Source of the DNA: Euprymna scolopes
Lineage: Eukaryota
Length of the DNA: 64,000 nt
Assembly (NCBI GenBank): GCA_053919585.1
Contig: CM132787.1
Strand: one strand, 5' to 3'
This document shows, one piece after another, positions 1 through 10,975 of the stretch (the stretch's first letter is position 1; each line of letters begins with the position of its first letter). A program made the translations under genes and the position numbers. The notes under the pieces were generated by a model, which saw only the letters and a list, made by a program, of their open reading frames with translations, had not been told where the DNA came from and searched no databases.

Positions 1-261
1 CACTCTGAAACATAAAAATACATATTATTACAAATCCTGTTACCAACTATACTACTTGAAGCAAGATAAAACTAAAATGACACCTGAAATTACAGTACTA
101 CCACATTTTGACCTTTAACCTTCGCCTGACCTTGACCTTTAAAATCAGGTACCCCCCTTCAAAAATGTTTGTATTAACCCAAAGTATAGATGTACCAACT
201 TTGGTGCTTTGGGCCAGCATGTAACGATTTGGTCATATTTTGGCCATAAGCCACCCCACTA
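1..261. mobile_element. Terminus of an Academ-like DNA transposon inserted into the Penelope-like fragment (continues beyond window start)
   Basis: Ends ...AAGCCACCCCACTA (TAGT terminus on the minus strand, as for the other Academ elements here). Penelope sequence (ttaggagtttt) resumes at 262. Confidence 0.5.
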
Positions 262-880
262 TTAGGAGTTTTATGTATCTCTGTTTGGAGATCTTATAGA
301 AATTTTGAGATTTATCCGCCTTAACATATATTAGTTTGGATGTATTAATATCTTTTTTTTTATTTTGTCTAAATGTTGTTGGAACTGGTTTTTGTGTTTA
401 CGGAAGGATATGTTGTTTATAATGTCCGTAAGATCCATTTCAAATTTCGCCAATTGCTCTATGTGTGGAGCTGTGCTCTTGTTGCTGAATCCATAATATT
501 CGGTGGTATTTATAGGATTTTTGTCCTTAAGAAAGAAGTAGGCCTTCCAGCGCATCTTCCTAGTAAGTTCCTCCATTCTTCTTATTAGGTTGAGAAGGTA
601 GTCATTTTTTGGTGTTGTTGGGATGTTTTTGAGGGATAGGTTGAAATTAACTTTTTCCATTTCTTGTAAAGGTATAATCCAAGTTTTTTATGGAGAGTGC
701 TCAACCGTGAAGGAGCATATATTTCTTTTCAAGAGAAATAAGGTAAAAAAAACCCAATAAAAGTACTCGATATGTTAATAAAGCTGTATATAATTTTTTA
801 TTGAGCCCGTAATAAATTTACATTACTGTTTCCATTGGATTTTCACCCCAGGAGATGAGGTAGAGTACCAATTAAAAGAT
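262..880 (-). mobile_element. Penelope-like retroelement 5' fragment (unit A)
   Basis: ORF 331-660 MEKVNFNLSLKNIP...KMRWKAYFF resembles a PLE N-terminal region. Continues into RT motifs in the other units. Confidence 0.7.
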
Positions 881-1117
881 ATATATATATATATATTACT
901 TCCGACCAAGGCTGACCTCTTAATCCTTAGGTAAAAGAGCGGCATATCTTTTTATTCTCTTTATCTCAACCGAAAACTCTCCTTTACTTTCGACTTAATC
1001 CTCAGGTAAAAAAGTGGCTTATCTTTAAAATTTTTATATTCATATTTTTATTACTTGTCTGATTTTTGATGGTTACCGCAAAAAGTTTGAGGGCGACGGT
1101 GTTGCTACACTGTCTCC

Positions 1118-1268
1118 CCCCTTCCCCAACCACCCATTTTTGCGTACCCCCCAACCACCCCTTTTTGCGTTAATACCCCCCCAACCGCCCCTTTTTGTGT
1201 TACTGCCCCCCCCCATATCAAAGCACCGCCCCTAGGGGGGGCGGTACCGCCCACTTAGGGAAACGATG
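1118..1268. mobile_element. hAT-type terminus with subterminal minisatellite (repeated in every unit)
   Basis: End reads CATCGTTTCCCAAAGTGGGCGGTACCGCCCC on the minus strand in most copies. About three copies of ccccccaaccgcccctttttgcgtta. Flank AGTTAGGA fits the nnnTAnnn hAT target. Confidence 0.55.
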
Positions 1269-2120
1269 AGTTAGGACGTGGCAGGCTTGGCCGAGGCTGC
1301 CTGTGAGCAGTTTGGACGTAATTTGTACGTCTCTCACCACTCCTCCCACGTCCAAAGGAAAAGTTAGCTTCAGTGCCCTGTAAAAAGAAGGATGAATATA
1401 AAGGGGAACCGTACCTTCGCATTTCACTGCTAACTGCTTCAGCGAGGGATGATTCGCTTCTGCCAGTCACACCATTGGGAACGCTACCTTGATCATCTTC
1501 CACAGCGCCTTGGTTCTCTTCCCCTTGTTGGTCCTGACAAAGGTCGTCATTGCCGGGGCGTCTGCAAAATTCATTTCTTCCCCATGATTGTTGTGCATTG
1601 GTTGAGCCTGACCAGCTGTGACCTCTGGTTGCCTTTGAGGTCTGGAAACGGCTGCTGTGAGTCTGGCTCGCATATTTTCTCCCCTGGTAGGAACGGAAGC
1701 TTCTTGGTGTGCTCTGTTCTCGCCGGTGGGTGGGGGGGTTGGCTTCATGATTGGAGGTGCTTCTTCCACCTGCTCATTTTCGTCCGCTATGATGTTCTTG
1801 CGGGCCGAAGAGCTGTGTTCGGTATCGGGAGCCAGTTTGGGGAGAGCGTTCCGTTCATCCTGCATAGTGGATGTAGTTGCAGGGGTTTCAGGAACCTTCC
1901 CCTCCGGCTGGACTTCATGGTTAGTGTCCATCCGAGGGGGGCTGAGCGAGCCTTCTCTTGCCTTCCTCTTCTTGGCCTTTCTCTCTCTCTTGCCTTTGCT
2001 GCTCCCTGAGGCAGGTTCGATTATCTCCTCCTCCTGATCCGGTCTCTTCCTCCGATTCCTGCAGCTTTCTCTTACTTGCGCCGTTGGGAGGAGGATTGTC
2101 TGTATTTTGTTGAGATTGGA
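1269..2120 (-). pseudogene. Tx1/L1 ORF1 C-terminal fragment (also about 2499-3140, 11376-12230, 18620-23300 split by Transib, 31533-32390, 44465-45320)
   Basis: Homologous to 53981-54981 (MTTFVRTNKGKRTKALWK, PLYIHPSFYRALKL), which lies directly upstream of an APE endonuclease ORF2. Confidence 0.8.
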
Positions 2121-2724
2121 TTGTCGCATCGATGGCGAGTGGCCGCTCGAACTCGACTTAGGAGACATTGTGTACAACATGGAGCCGCCATTAGCTCTTT
2201 CTCAGTTAATATATAAAGTTCTAATCTTTGATACAATTCATGACCGTCGTGGTTACACTTTAAGGAATTGACGTTTGTTCCACGGGCTGATTCTGCAGCC
2301 ATCCTGTCATGGAATCCTCCAGAAGTCACAACATCACGTTCTTTTTGTGTTAATTTTGCTTGACGAATCAACCATTTTTGCGTACCCCCCAACCACCCCT
2401 TTTTGCGTTAATACCCCCCCAACCGCCCCTTTTTGTGTTACTGCCCCCCCCCATATCAAAGCACCGCCCCCAGGGGGGGCGGTACCGCCCACTTTGGGAA
2501 ACGATGAGTTAGGACGTGGCAGGCTTGGCCGAGGCTGCCTGTGAGCAGTTTGGACGTAATTTGTACGTCTCTCACCACTCCTCCCACGTCCAAAGGAAAA
2601 GTTAGCTTCAGTGCCCTGTAAAAAGAAGGATGAATATAAAGGGGAACCGTACCTTCGCATTTCACTGCTAACTGCTTCAGCGAGGGATGATTCGCTTCTG
2701 CCAGTCACACCATTGGGAACGCTA

Positions 2725-2782
2725 CACCTCCAATCATGAAGCCAACCCCCCCCGGGGGGGGTTGGCTTCATGATTGGAGGTG
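2725..2782. repeat. Perfect 58-bp palindrome (29-bp arms, no spacer)
   Basis: cacctccaatcatgaagccaacccccccc|ggggggggttggcttcatgattggaggtg. Confidence 0.95.
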
Positions 2783-3350
2783 CTTCTTCCACCTGCTCAT
2801 TTTCGTCCGCTATGATGTTCTTGCGGGCCGAAGAGCTGTGTTCGGTATAGGGAGCCAGTTTGGGGAGAGCGTTCCGTTCATCCTGCATAGTGGATGTAGT
2901 TGCAGGGGTTTCAGGAACCTTCCCCTCCGGCTGGACTTCATGGTTAGTGTCCATCCGAGGGGGGCTGCGCGAGCCTTCTCTTGCCTTCCTCTTTTTGGCC
3001 TTTCTCTCCCTCTTGCCTTTGCTGCTCCCTGAGGCAGGTTCGATTACCTCCTCCTCCTCTGATCCGGTCTCTTCCTCCGATTCCTGCAGCTTTCTCTTAC
3101 TGGCGCCGTTGGGAGGAGGATTGTCTGTATTTTGTTGAGATTGGATTGTCGCATCGATGGCGAGTGGCCGCTCGAACTCGACTTAGGAGACATTGTGTAC
3201 AACATGGAGCCGCCATTAGCTCTTTCTCAGTTAATATATAAAGTTCTAATCTTAGATACAATTCATGACCGGCCGGGCTTTAGTGAGGGCGGTTACAGGG
3301 AGTAAATGGTGGGTTAGTCAAGTATAGCCAACGCCTCGCGTTAGATAAGG

Positions 3351-6300
3351 CTAAGGCAAAGAAGCGTTTAGAGGATAAGAACTAATGACCAGCCGCTCAA
3401 ATCCAAGATCTGTAACACATTTACAATGTAACAGTATTCTGGTATCAGCTTCGTCGTGGTTACACTTTAAGGAATTGACGTTTGTTCCACGGGCTGATTC
3501 TGCAGCCATCCTGTCATGGAATCCTCCAGAAGTCACAACATCACGTTCTTTTTGTGTTAATTTTGCTTGACGAATCAGCTCCATACTCAAGAAGTGTTCT
3601 AAATCTTTTTTGTTCTCTGGGAGGTCAATAAACTGTCTCCAGTTAACAGGTAATGGTAAGTCCGTGTTATTCACTTTGTGACGTATTGGCCGGCTTTTTC
3701 CAATCCGAGAAATTCGAGTGGTATCCTTGATGGTATGTGCTTCATACCGATCAAATACGACATGGACTCTGGAGCATGATTGACTAAAGTGACTAAAGAC
3801 TGCGGTCACAAAATGGTCAGCGAGTTGTCCAAAGTTTTGGATATTTGCAGGTTTTCCAATTGCTTGGACAAGTGCCTGACCATCGATGATCACACAAGTT
3901 TTCAGGTTTGTTATTGGCAGTTGTTTCTCTACAGTTGTTCTTTTCTGGAGAATGTTGCCCAAAGCTGCTTTGTTTGTCGATCGTATTACCCCAGAAGTAT
4001 CTGCGAGTGAAAGTGGAACTGGTGAAAGTTCATAGCTGAGGATTTCCTTTAGGTCAACCTCCCGTCCAGCTTCCTTAGATACAAGCAAGCGTTGGAAGAG
4101 GTTTTGGTCTGCTTTGATAGTCTTTTGCTTGAGGGCTGGATCTTTGCACTGGACTTCATACATGGTTTTTAGGGTTGAGCTTTTCGACTGTCGGAGCTTT
4201 TCATGGAATCCAACAACCTTCTTGATAAGACGTGAAGCCACAAATTCCTGTATTTTCTCTTGTCCTTGTGCGTGTGCTGCCAGATTCTGTAATTTGAAGA
4301 GAAGCTACATCTCGAGTGGCTAGACTAACAACGTTTGGAGTTTGATGTTGAAAGATGCCATAAATCTTCAATTGATCAACAATTTTCTGAACATCTTGCT
4401 TGTCCCGTTTTAGTCTTGAAGGTCCAGCTTCTTTCACATATAAAGAACTATAGTCTTTATCTGCAGTGTGCATGTCCAGCATTAAGTTTGTCTCATGGAC
4501 AATTCTGGTTCGCTCATTAAATGTGAGACACCATTGATCTCTTGCTCCTTCTGATCGTGTTATTCCAACAAGGCCTCCTGCAACTTTACCAACTTTGTTT
4601 ACATGCTCCAAGGCATGATCCGTCGATAGCTGATTGAATGTGTTGTTTGTCGTCTTGACCACAAAGTTTCCATTAATGAACTCATGGTGGACATCAGGGT
4701 GGCTTGTTTCTAGGAGCATGCAATCAAGGTACACTGCTCCCCAGCGGGTGTAATTGACATGGTCATATTGAGCAAACCAGGGTAACATTTTAGCGAAAGA
4801 CGATTTATGCAGGCTCCAGTTTCTGGTTCTCTCAGCACGCAGGAACTGCAGTAAGATGAAAACCATTTTGATGTACGTCAACCAAAATCTGGAAGTTGGT
4901 GGCTGTGTCTCTTGAAAGTCATCCAACAAACTGATGATTCTAGACTGAACATGTTCATCCTCCAGTGCTTTGACGTTGTTGCTGATCACCTCTCGCTGAT
5001 CGTGTGCCTCCAAAGATTCTATGACGTTGACTGATAATGTTTGGATGGCATATTTGTCTACTTGGTGGTCCTGTGCCCATTCGATGAATGTTGGCCAGAG
5101 AATTTTCCATACGGCTTCAAATGTGAGCTTGTGTGCTCGAATCGCCCTGTTGTATGATTTGGCTTGCATGTTGTTCTGAGCTGTGTTCTGACCAAAGACG
5201 GCACTTTCGGCCCATACTTCAAGGAGACCAGAGTCTGCAAAGTGCTTTCCAATGACACACATAAAGTTCTTAATAATGTGGAAACCCCCAAGTCGTAAAA
5301 ATATGTTTTTGCATTGATCACTGTTGGCCCACTGTATTTCCTTGGCTTTGCAATACAGCTGTTGGTCCAAAGTGATGACAGTAGACTGACCAGGATTTAT
5401 AATGCTAGAAATTCTGAGGCATCGCATCATAACCGTCCATAGTGTGTTGTCTTCGTGAGTGGGTGAATTGAGTAGTGGCAAATAACCGATTGTGCAGACC
5501 TCATGTTAGTCTTGAGTTGTAAGTTGGTTGAAACCTGTCCATGCAGGAACATGATCACTGTTAGATCCATGGATTCGAGAAAGAAACCAAGCCATATCTT
5601 TAGCAGAAGCTTCGTTGCACACCTGATCATCTGGTGTAAACATCATTTCCTTCAAGGTGTCTATAAATTTCGGATCCTCGCGACAAGGTCGACAAGGTAA
5701 CTTCTGAAGTTCATGAAGTTCCGGAGGGACTTTCAATGACTTAGATTTCCCAAGAGGAAGAGTGTCCTGCTGTTTCTGTTTGGGTACTACTCTCTGATAC
5801 ACAACCATTTGTGTCGCATGAAATGTTCCCATGCCATCCAATGTTTCTTCAATATTGTCTGCAGCATAATGACAGAACTTGTTTAGTGACACGTTTGATG
5901 GAATAGGCGTGTTTTTATTATCTGCAAACTGTTGCAGATAGTGAACTCCAAGAGTTGTGTCCAGTCTACGCACCTGGTCATAACTGGCACAGTGCCCAGC
6001 GTGATGGACAAGTTCAACGAGCCATTTCGACCGAGTCGCCTGATGAATTGCCAGGCCTAGTCCAACATGTTTTGGTGTAAGCCTTTTACGTTTCGAGACA
6101 GCATAAACAAGGTCTTGACTGATGCTCAATGCGGTCCGTTTCACAAAGTCGTCATCTTCCTCTCTGTCCACTTTCTCTGACAGCATAATACCGAGAAAAA
6201 GAAACAAGCTCTCTGGAATAATTTGTTCTGCATTTTCTTTGCTGACAGATATGCAGTTATCAAGTCCAGGGTGAGATTTTATGTCACTTCTAATGCGTAA

Positions 6301-7296
6301 CGCACAGTGATGCAAAGTTAGCATTGCATCTGTCTCTGATTGTGAGAACTGGGTTTGCTTGAGATTATTCACAAATGTGTTGGTCTCCATTTCCTCAGAT
6401 TTATTTTTCAATGGCTGAACATCAATCTTGGATGACTGTGTAGAAAACAACAGCTGTGGTTGATGTGGATTAAGTTGTGGTACAAAGTATATTTGCCCGG
6501 GAAGAATTTGGTGCAGTTTCTCTTTAAGGCGGAATCTATTATCCCGGTATGATCCAGCTTCAATGCCAAATTCTCTGCGTAAGGAAGAGTACCTATCCCA
6601 AACATCATTCAGCGAATAGATATCATCTTGTGCCAATCCAGTTGACACTTCTGACGCGACTTTGTTAAAGCATATATCTCTGGGCGTTTCAGCTGTAATT
6701 GTATAGGACTTGGATGCTTTTCTATTGAACTCGACATAACACTGAAGATGATACCTGGCATCTGCCGCTACAAGATCAGTAACTCCTGCTAGACGACACT
6801 GCATAACATGGCTCATTTGAGCTCCTTCAAGAATTTTGTCAGAAACTTCAAAAGTTGCAACTAAGTATGTTTCTTTGTTGCTTTTCTTTTGGCAGAAGAT
6901 GCACAAGTCAGTGTTCATAGTGGAAGATTTACTGCGTAATGAAGGTTTTCGTAGTGGACTCTCAGATGCACTGCTTGAGGTAATGGTGCGTTCATACGTT
7001 GTTCTGAGCCGTGTTAGTTTTAAGGAACTTGTGAAGGTAGAATAACAGTGTTTGTGATTGATGACTTTAATCTCTTTAATGATTTTCTCAAAATCAATGG
7101 CTTGAATTCTTTCTATAGTGCGGAAGTTTTCAGAATCCTTGTACTTCTTGCGTTCTGCAGCAGCTATGCGGGCCCTTTGAATTCCAACCTCTCCAAGATT
7201 TCTAATAGGTTTCTTTGAGTCTTTCTTCTGACAAAAAAGGCATAGGGTCCAATCAATACTTGTACCGGAAGACATCTGAGGGCTCTGGGTGCTCAC
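3351..7296 (-). pseudogene. Academ transposase/XPG-like nuclease pseudogene (ORFs 5506-7296, 4201-5481, 3351-4241)
   Basis: CxxC...YHxxCY, ADNI, TLDQQLY, LGGFH, DHxNY, DHALEH, then PIN/XPG-like DGQA, VFDRY, HDEADTR. Contains a stop and a frameshift, and is truncated before the DTD and Cys-rich motifs seen in family 2. Confidence 0.75.
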
Positions 7297-8378
7297 ACTC
7301 TACTCCATATTGAAGCTCAGCTCAACTCAGAACATGCTGTTGGAGAATAAGAACAAATAAAAATTATGCAAATTAGCACATTATCATACTCTAAAGAACA
7401 CTAGCTTAACTAATCAAATGTGTTCATGCTTTATTTTTTTTAATATCTATTAAACTCATAAACAACATCTACAGCGAATGGCACTATCATCTTTCCCTTT
7501 CTCATGGAAAAAAATGAAGAAAGATAACAAAATGGCAGTACCCGATACACGGACACTAGTGGGAGCCAACAGATAATGATAATAACTTATTATATATTAC
7601 ATTCATCACATATATAAACTTCTTATACATAGATTAAGTACAAGTGAATACAATAAAAGATTTTAAGAAAATCATTTTTCGCTTTGGCAGCCATTTTGTT
7701 TTTTTGCAATAATTATCTTCCAAACTAGGCAAAGAACCCCACCAAATTCTTTGGAGAACTTAAATAATCATATAGTTGATGCTATAAAAAAGAAGTTTTA
7801 TGACAATTGAATGAGATGTATTTTCTCTATACTGACCGTAAGCGTCTTACGTCTAAAAATTAATTTTTTTTTTTTGGGGGGGGCTCCTTTTGGTTGAACA
7901 AAATATTTTTCTATTCAATATAGAGTTAAAATAATTAAATATTTGGATTATACAGTCTCTAAATGTTTTACCTACCAAATTTCAGAAATATTGAATTTGT
8001 GGAAGTATTTTTTAAAAATTTAGATAACATTGAAATTTTGTGACGTTTCATGGCTTAAATTTAGTAGCCAAATATGCAAACTTTACACCCTCCTAAAATC
8101 TGAACCATAACGTTTACAACCAAATAATTTAGCAAATCATCTTAACTCTCCAAGAGGAAATTTTGTGCCAATTTTCAAGTAATTCGGAGTTAGTGGGTGT
8201 AATTGCCAGGTGAATTGAGATAGAATGACCCAATGAAGTTCATCAGAAATTTGGCTAAAAAGTGATAATAAAATCATTTTAAATGTATAAAAATATGGAA
8301 TTCTTACTAAACAAAGTTTAATATACATCACAAATATTATCTCCAATTACAGCAAATTTCATAACATTATCTCAAATA

Positions 8379-9781
8379 CAGGGTGCGGCATAAATAACGC
8401 CCTTTCTTAATATCCTTTTTTTCTTTATAATATGAATGCAATTTAAAGATAAATAAAAGTAAAAGGTATATCTCAAATTTATTAAATATCTAATTCAATA
8501 TCCACATTGGTGATCTTTACAGTAATGATCTTCTGAACTAAAAAAACGATTTTTGGGAGCAAAATTAGTCAATAAATATAAAATCAAAATAAATTTAATG
8601 AAAAAAAGGATACCAACTTTATTAACTTTAAAATTTAACGCAGATGTTCAAAATGTTCTCCATCATGTTCCATACAATTTTGAACTCTACCAGCGACACT
8701 TTTACAAACATTTTTACACTCTTCAATGGTAATTTCATGAAATTTATCTGAAATTGCATTTTTTAATTCCTGAATTGTTTTCGGCTTAAGATTGTAAACT
8801 TTATCTTTTAATATACCCCACAAAAAAAAGTCTGGTAGCGTTAAGTCCGGAGATCGTGATGGCCATTCAATTGGTCCCCTTCGTCCTATCCAACTATCTT
8901 CAAAATTTTCATTTAACCATTCCCTAACTCTTAACCCATAATGTGGTGGAGCCCCATCCTGTTGTAAAAAAATATCAGTCTGATTTTCAACTCTTGGCCA
9001 AACTTCCGTTTGAAGCATATGCAAATAATTATTTTGATTCACAGTACCCTCGAAGAATATTGGCCCTATTAATCCCATACAAGAAATGGCAGCCCAAACT
9101 GTTACTCCTGGCGAATTAACATCCTTTTCCAAGATGATATGAGGATTCTCATTACTCCAATACACACAATTATGGCGATTGATATGCCCATTTAACTTAA
9201 AGGTTGCTTCATCTGACCACCATATCTTTTCAAGGAAAGTTATATCTTCATTAACTTTATTCAAAAAGATTTCACAAAATTGTAATTGTCTATCTTGATC
9301 TCCATCATGCAAACTTTGAAGAACACGTGGAATGTAAGATCTCATCTTTAGCTTCTTCAATATTCTGCGAACACTCCTATCACTGATTGCTAACTCTGTA
9401 GAAAGACGTCTACTGGATTTTTGAGGAGTATGCAGCAACGATTCTTGTAGTTCATTGGACTTTTCTAAGCTCGTTGCGACAACTGGCCTTCCGGATCTTT
9501 GAGCATCCCTTACACTTCCTGTGGATTCAAATTTTTTAATCAAGCTTTTGATATTTCGGCTTTGCACTCTTGGGATGTCATATTCATCTGATAACAATCT
9601 TGCAGTTTTAGCACCATTATTATTATTTTGATAATACAATTGTATTGCTTTTACTCTCTGTTCAATTGTTAATCTCATGGTTTAAAAAATACCTGAAAAA
9701 AATAAATGTTTAAGAATTAGTTAAAGAAAATATACATAAATATAATAAGATATAAAAGGGCGTTATTTATGCCGCACCCTG
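8379..9781 (-). mobile_element. Tc1/mariner DD41D (rosa/VS-like) element, full length
   Basis: 27-bp TIR CAGGGTGCGGCATAAATAACGCCCTTT and TA target duplication. Empty site ctcaaaTAgat in units B and D. Confidence 0.93.
8635..9678 (-). CDS. DD41D transposase, 347 aa, intact
   Basis: N-terminal HTH with GRP; WWSDEATF, QQDGAPPH, SPDLTLPDFFLWG; 41 residues between the second and third D. Confidence 0.92.
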   Translation of the reverse strand: MRLTIEQRVKAIQLYYQNNNNGAKTARLLSDEYDIPRVQSRNIKSLIKKFESTGSVRDAQRSGRPVVATSLEKSNELQESLLHTPQKSSRRLSTELAISDRSVRRILKKLKMRSYIPRVLQSLHDGDQDRQLQFCEIFLNKVNEDITFLEKIWWSDEATFKLNGHINRHNCVYWSNENPHIILEKDVNSPGVTVWAAISCMGLIGPIFFEGTVNQNNYLHMLQTEVWPRVENQTDIFLQQDGAPPHYGLRVREWLNENFEDSWIGRRGPIEWPSRSPDLTLPDFFLWGILKDKVYNLKPKTIQELKNAISDKFHEITIEECKNVCKSVAGRVQNCMEHDGEHFEHLR

Positions 9782-9994
9782 TAGATATGGAGCTATGTCA
9801 CATTATAATAGTACTGTATTTTCAACCATGGCGGCCATTTTGTTTTTGTTCTAAAAAATTATTAAAGGCCTAATTGAATGGGCATCCTCCTGAAAAACCT
9901 TCAGTATGGACCCCTCTAACAGTCTGACATGAATGCTTGCTCCTAACATTCCGTACCCCCTAAAGTGAATTTTCAAGATTTTGCCTCCTGACTA

Positions 9995-10975
9995 CAATAT
10001 CAAACTGGATAAATGCAGCCTTGCTCTTGTTGGGTATCCTGTTAAACCAGTTAATCGTATCCTCAGTGTTGACCCATTGGGTAAGGTTAAATTTCTTTTT
10101 TATTTGGTTGTTAATTCTTTCGAGGATCCTTTTACTTATTTTTCCGATTTCCGGTTTGGTGGGGTTAATAAGTCTGGTTTGGGGTTTAGTCTCGAAGTGT
10201 TCTTTGTGGTCTTTAAGGAGGAGGTATGCACTTTTTGTTTGGAGCTTGGAGACTCTATCGCTCAAGTTAGGGTGTCTGTAATGGTTTTACTGTCCAAATT
10301 TATATCCTTAATCATGTTGATTTTGGATTTTTTATATGTGGCGGTGAGGTTGTTATTTAGGAGTTTTATGTATCTCTGTTTGGAGATCTTATAAAAATTT
10401 TGAGATTTATCCGCCTTAACATATATTAGTTTGGATGTATTAATATCTTTTTTTTTATTTTGTCTAAATGTTGTTGGAACTGGTTTTTGTGTTTACGGAA
10501 GGATATGTTGTTTATAATGTCCGTAAGAGCCGTTTCAAATTTCGCCAATTGCTCTATGTGTGGAGCTGTGCTCTTGTTGCTGAATCCATAATATTCGGTG
10601 GTATTTATAGGATTTTTGTCCTTAAGAAAGAAGTAGGCCTTCCAGCGCATCTTCCTAGTAAGTTCCTCCATTCTTCTTATTAGGTTGAGAAGGTAGTCAT
10701 TTTTTGGTGTTGTCGGGATGTTTTTGAGGGATAGGTTGAAATTAACTTTTTCCATTTCTTGTAAAGGTATAATCCAAGTTTTTTATGGAGAGTGCTCAAC
10801 CGTGAAGGAGCATATATTTCTTTTCAAGAGAAATAAGGTAAAAAAAACCCAATAAAAGTACTCGATATGTTAATAAAGCTGTATATAATTTTTTATTGAG
10901 CCCGTAATAATTTTACATTACTGTTTCCATTGGATTTTCACCCCAGGAGATGAGGTAGAGTACCAATTAAAAGAT
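9995..10975 (-). mobile_element. Penelope-like RT 5' fragment (unit B; also 17439-18205, 30141-31120, 43084-44055)
   Basis: KDHKEHF...RLINPTKPEIGKISK...QWVNT...WF...FIQFDIV (RT motif) cut by the Academ terminus; frameshifted. Confidence 0.75.

Larger units (their letters stand above)
3378..9994 (-). mobile_element. Academ (AcademX-type) transposon family 1, 3'-truncated, copy A
   Basis: 5' terminus TAGTCAGGAGG at 9994 interrupts the Penelope RT at FIQFDIV. Transposase ORF pieces span 3351-7296. Confidence 0.75.

Noticed and set aside
815-870. Hammerhead ribozyme in the Penelope 5' region
   Set aside because: No convincing CUGANGA...GAAA core seen by eye; a covariance-model search would be needed.
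1449-2037. Plus-strand ORFs here and at 11691, 44645, 54140, 57679 and 62830
   Set aside because: Antisense shadows of GC-rich Tx1 ORF1; no recognisable domains.
8137-8346. Recurrent 69-73 aa ORF (MEIIFVMYIK...) in four units
   Set aside because: Lies in AT-rich Academ subterminal DNA; recurrence reflects the duplication only.
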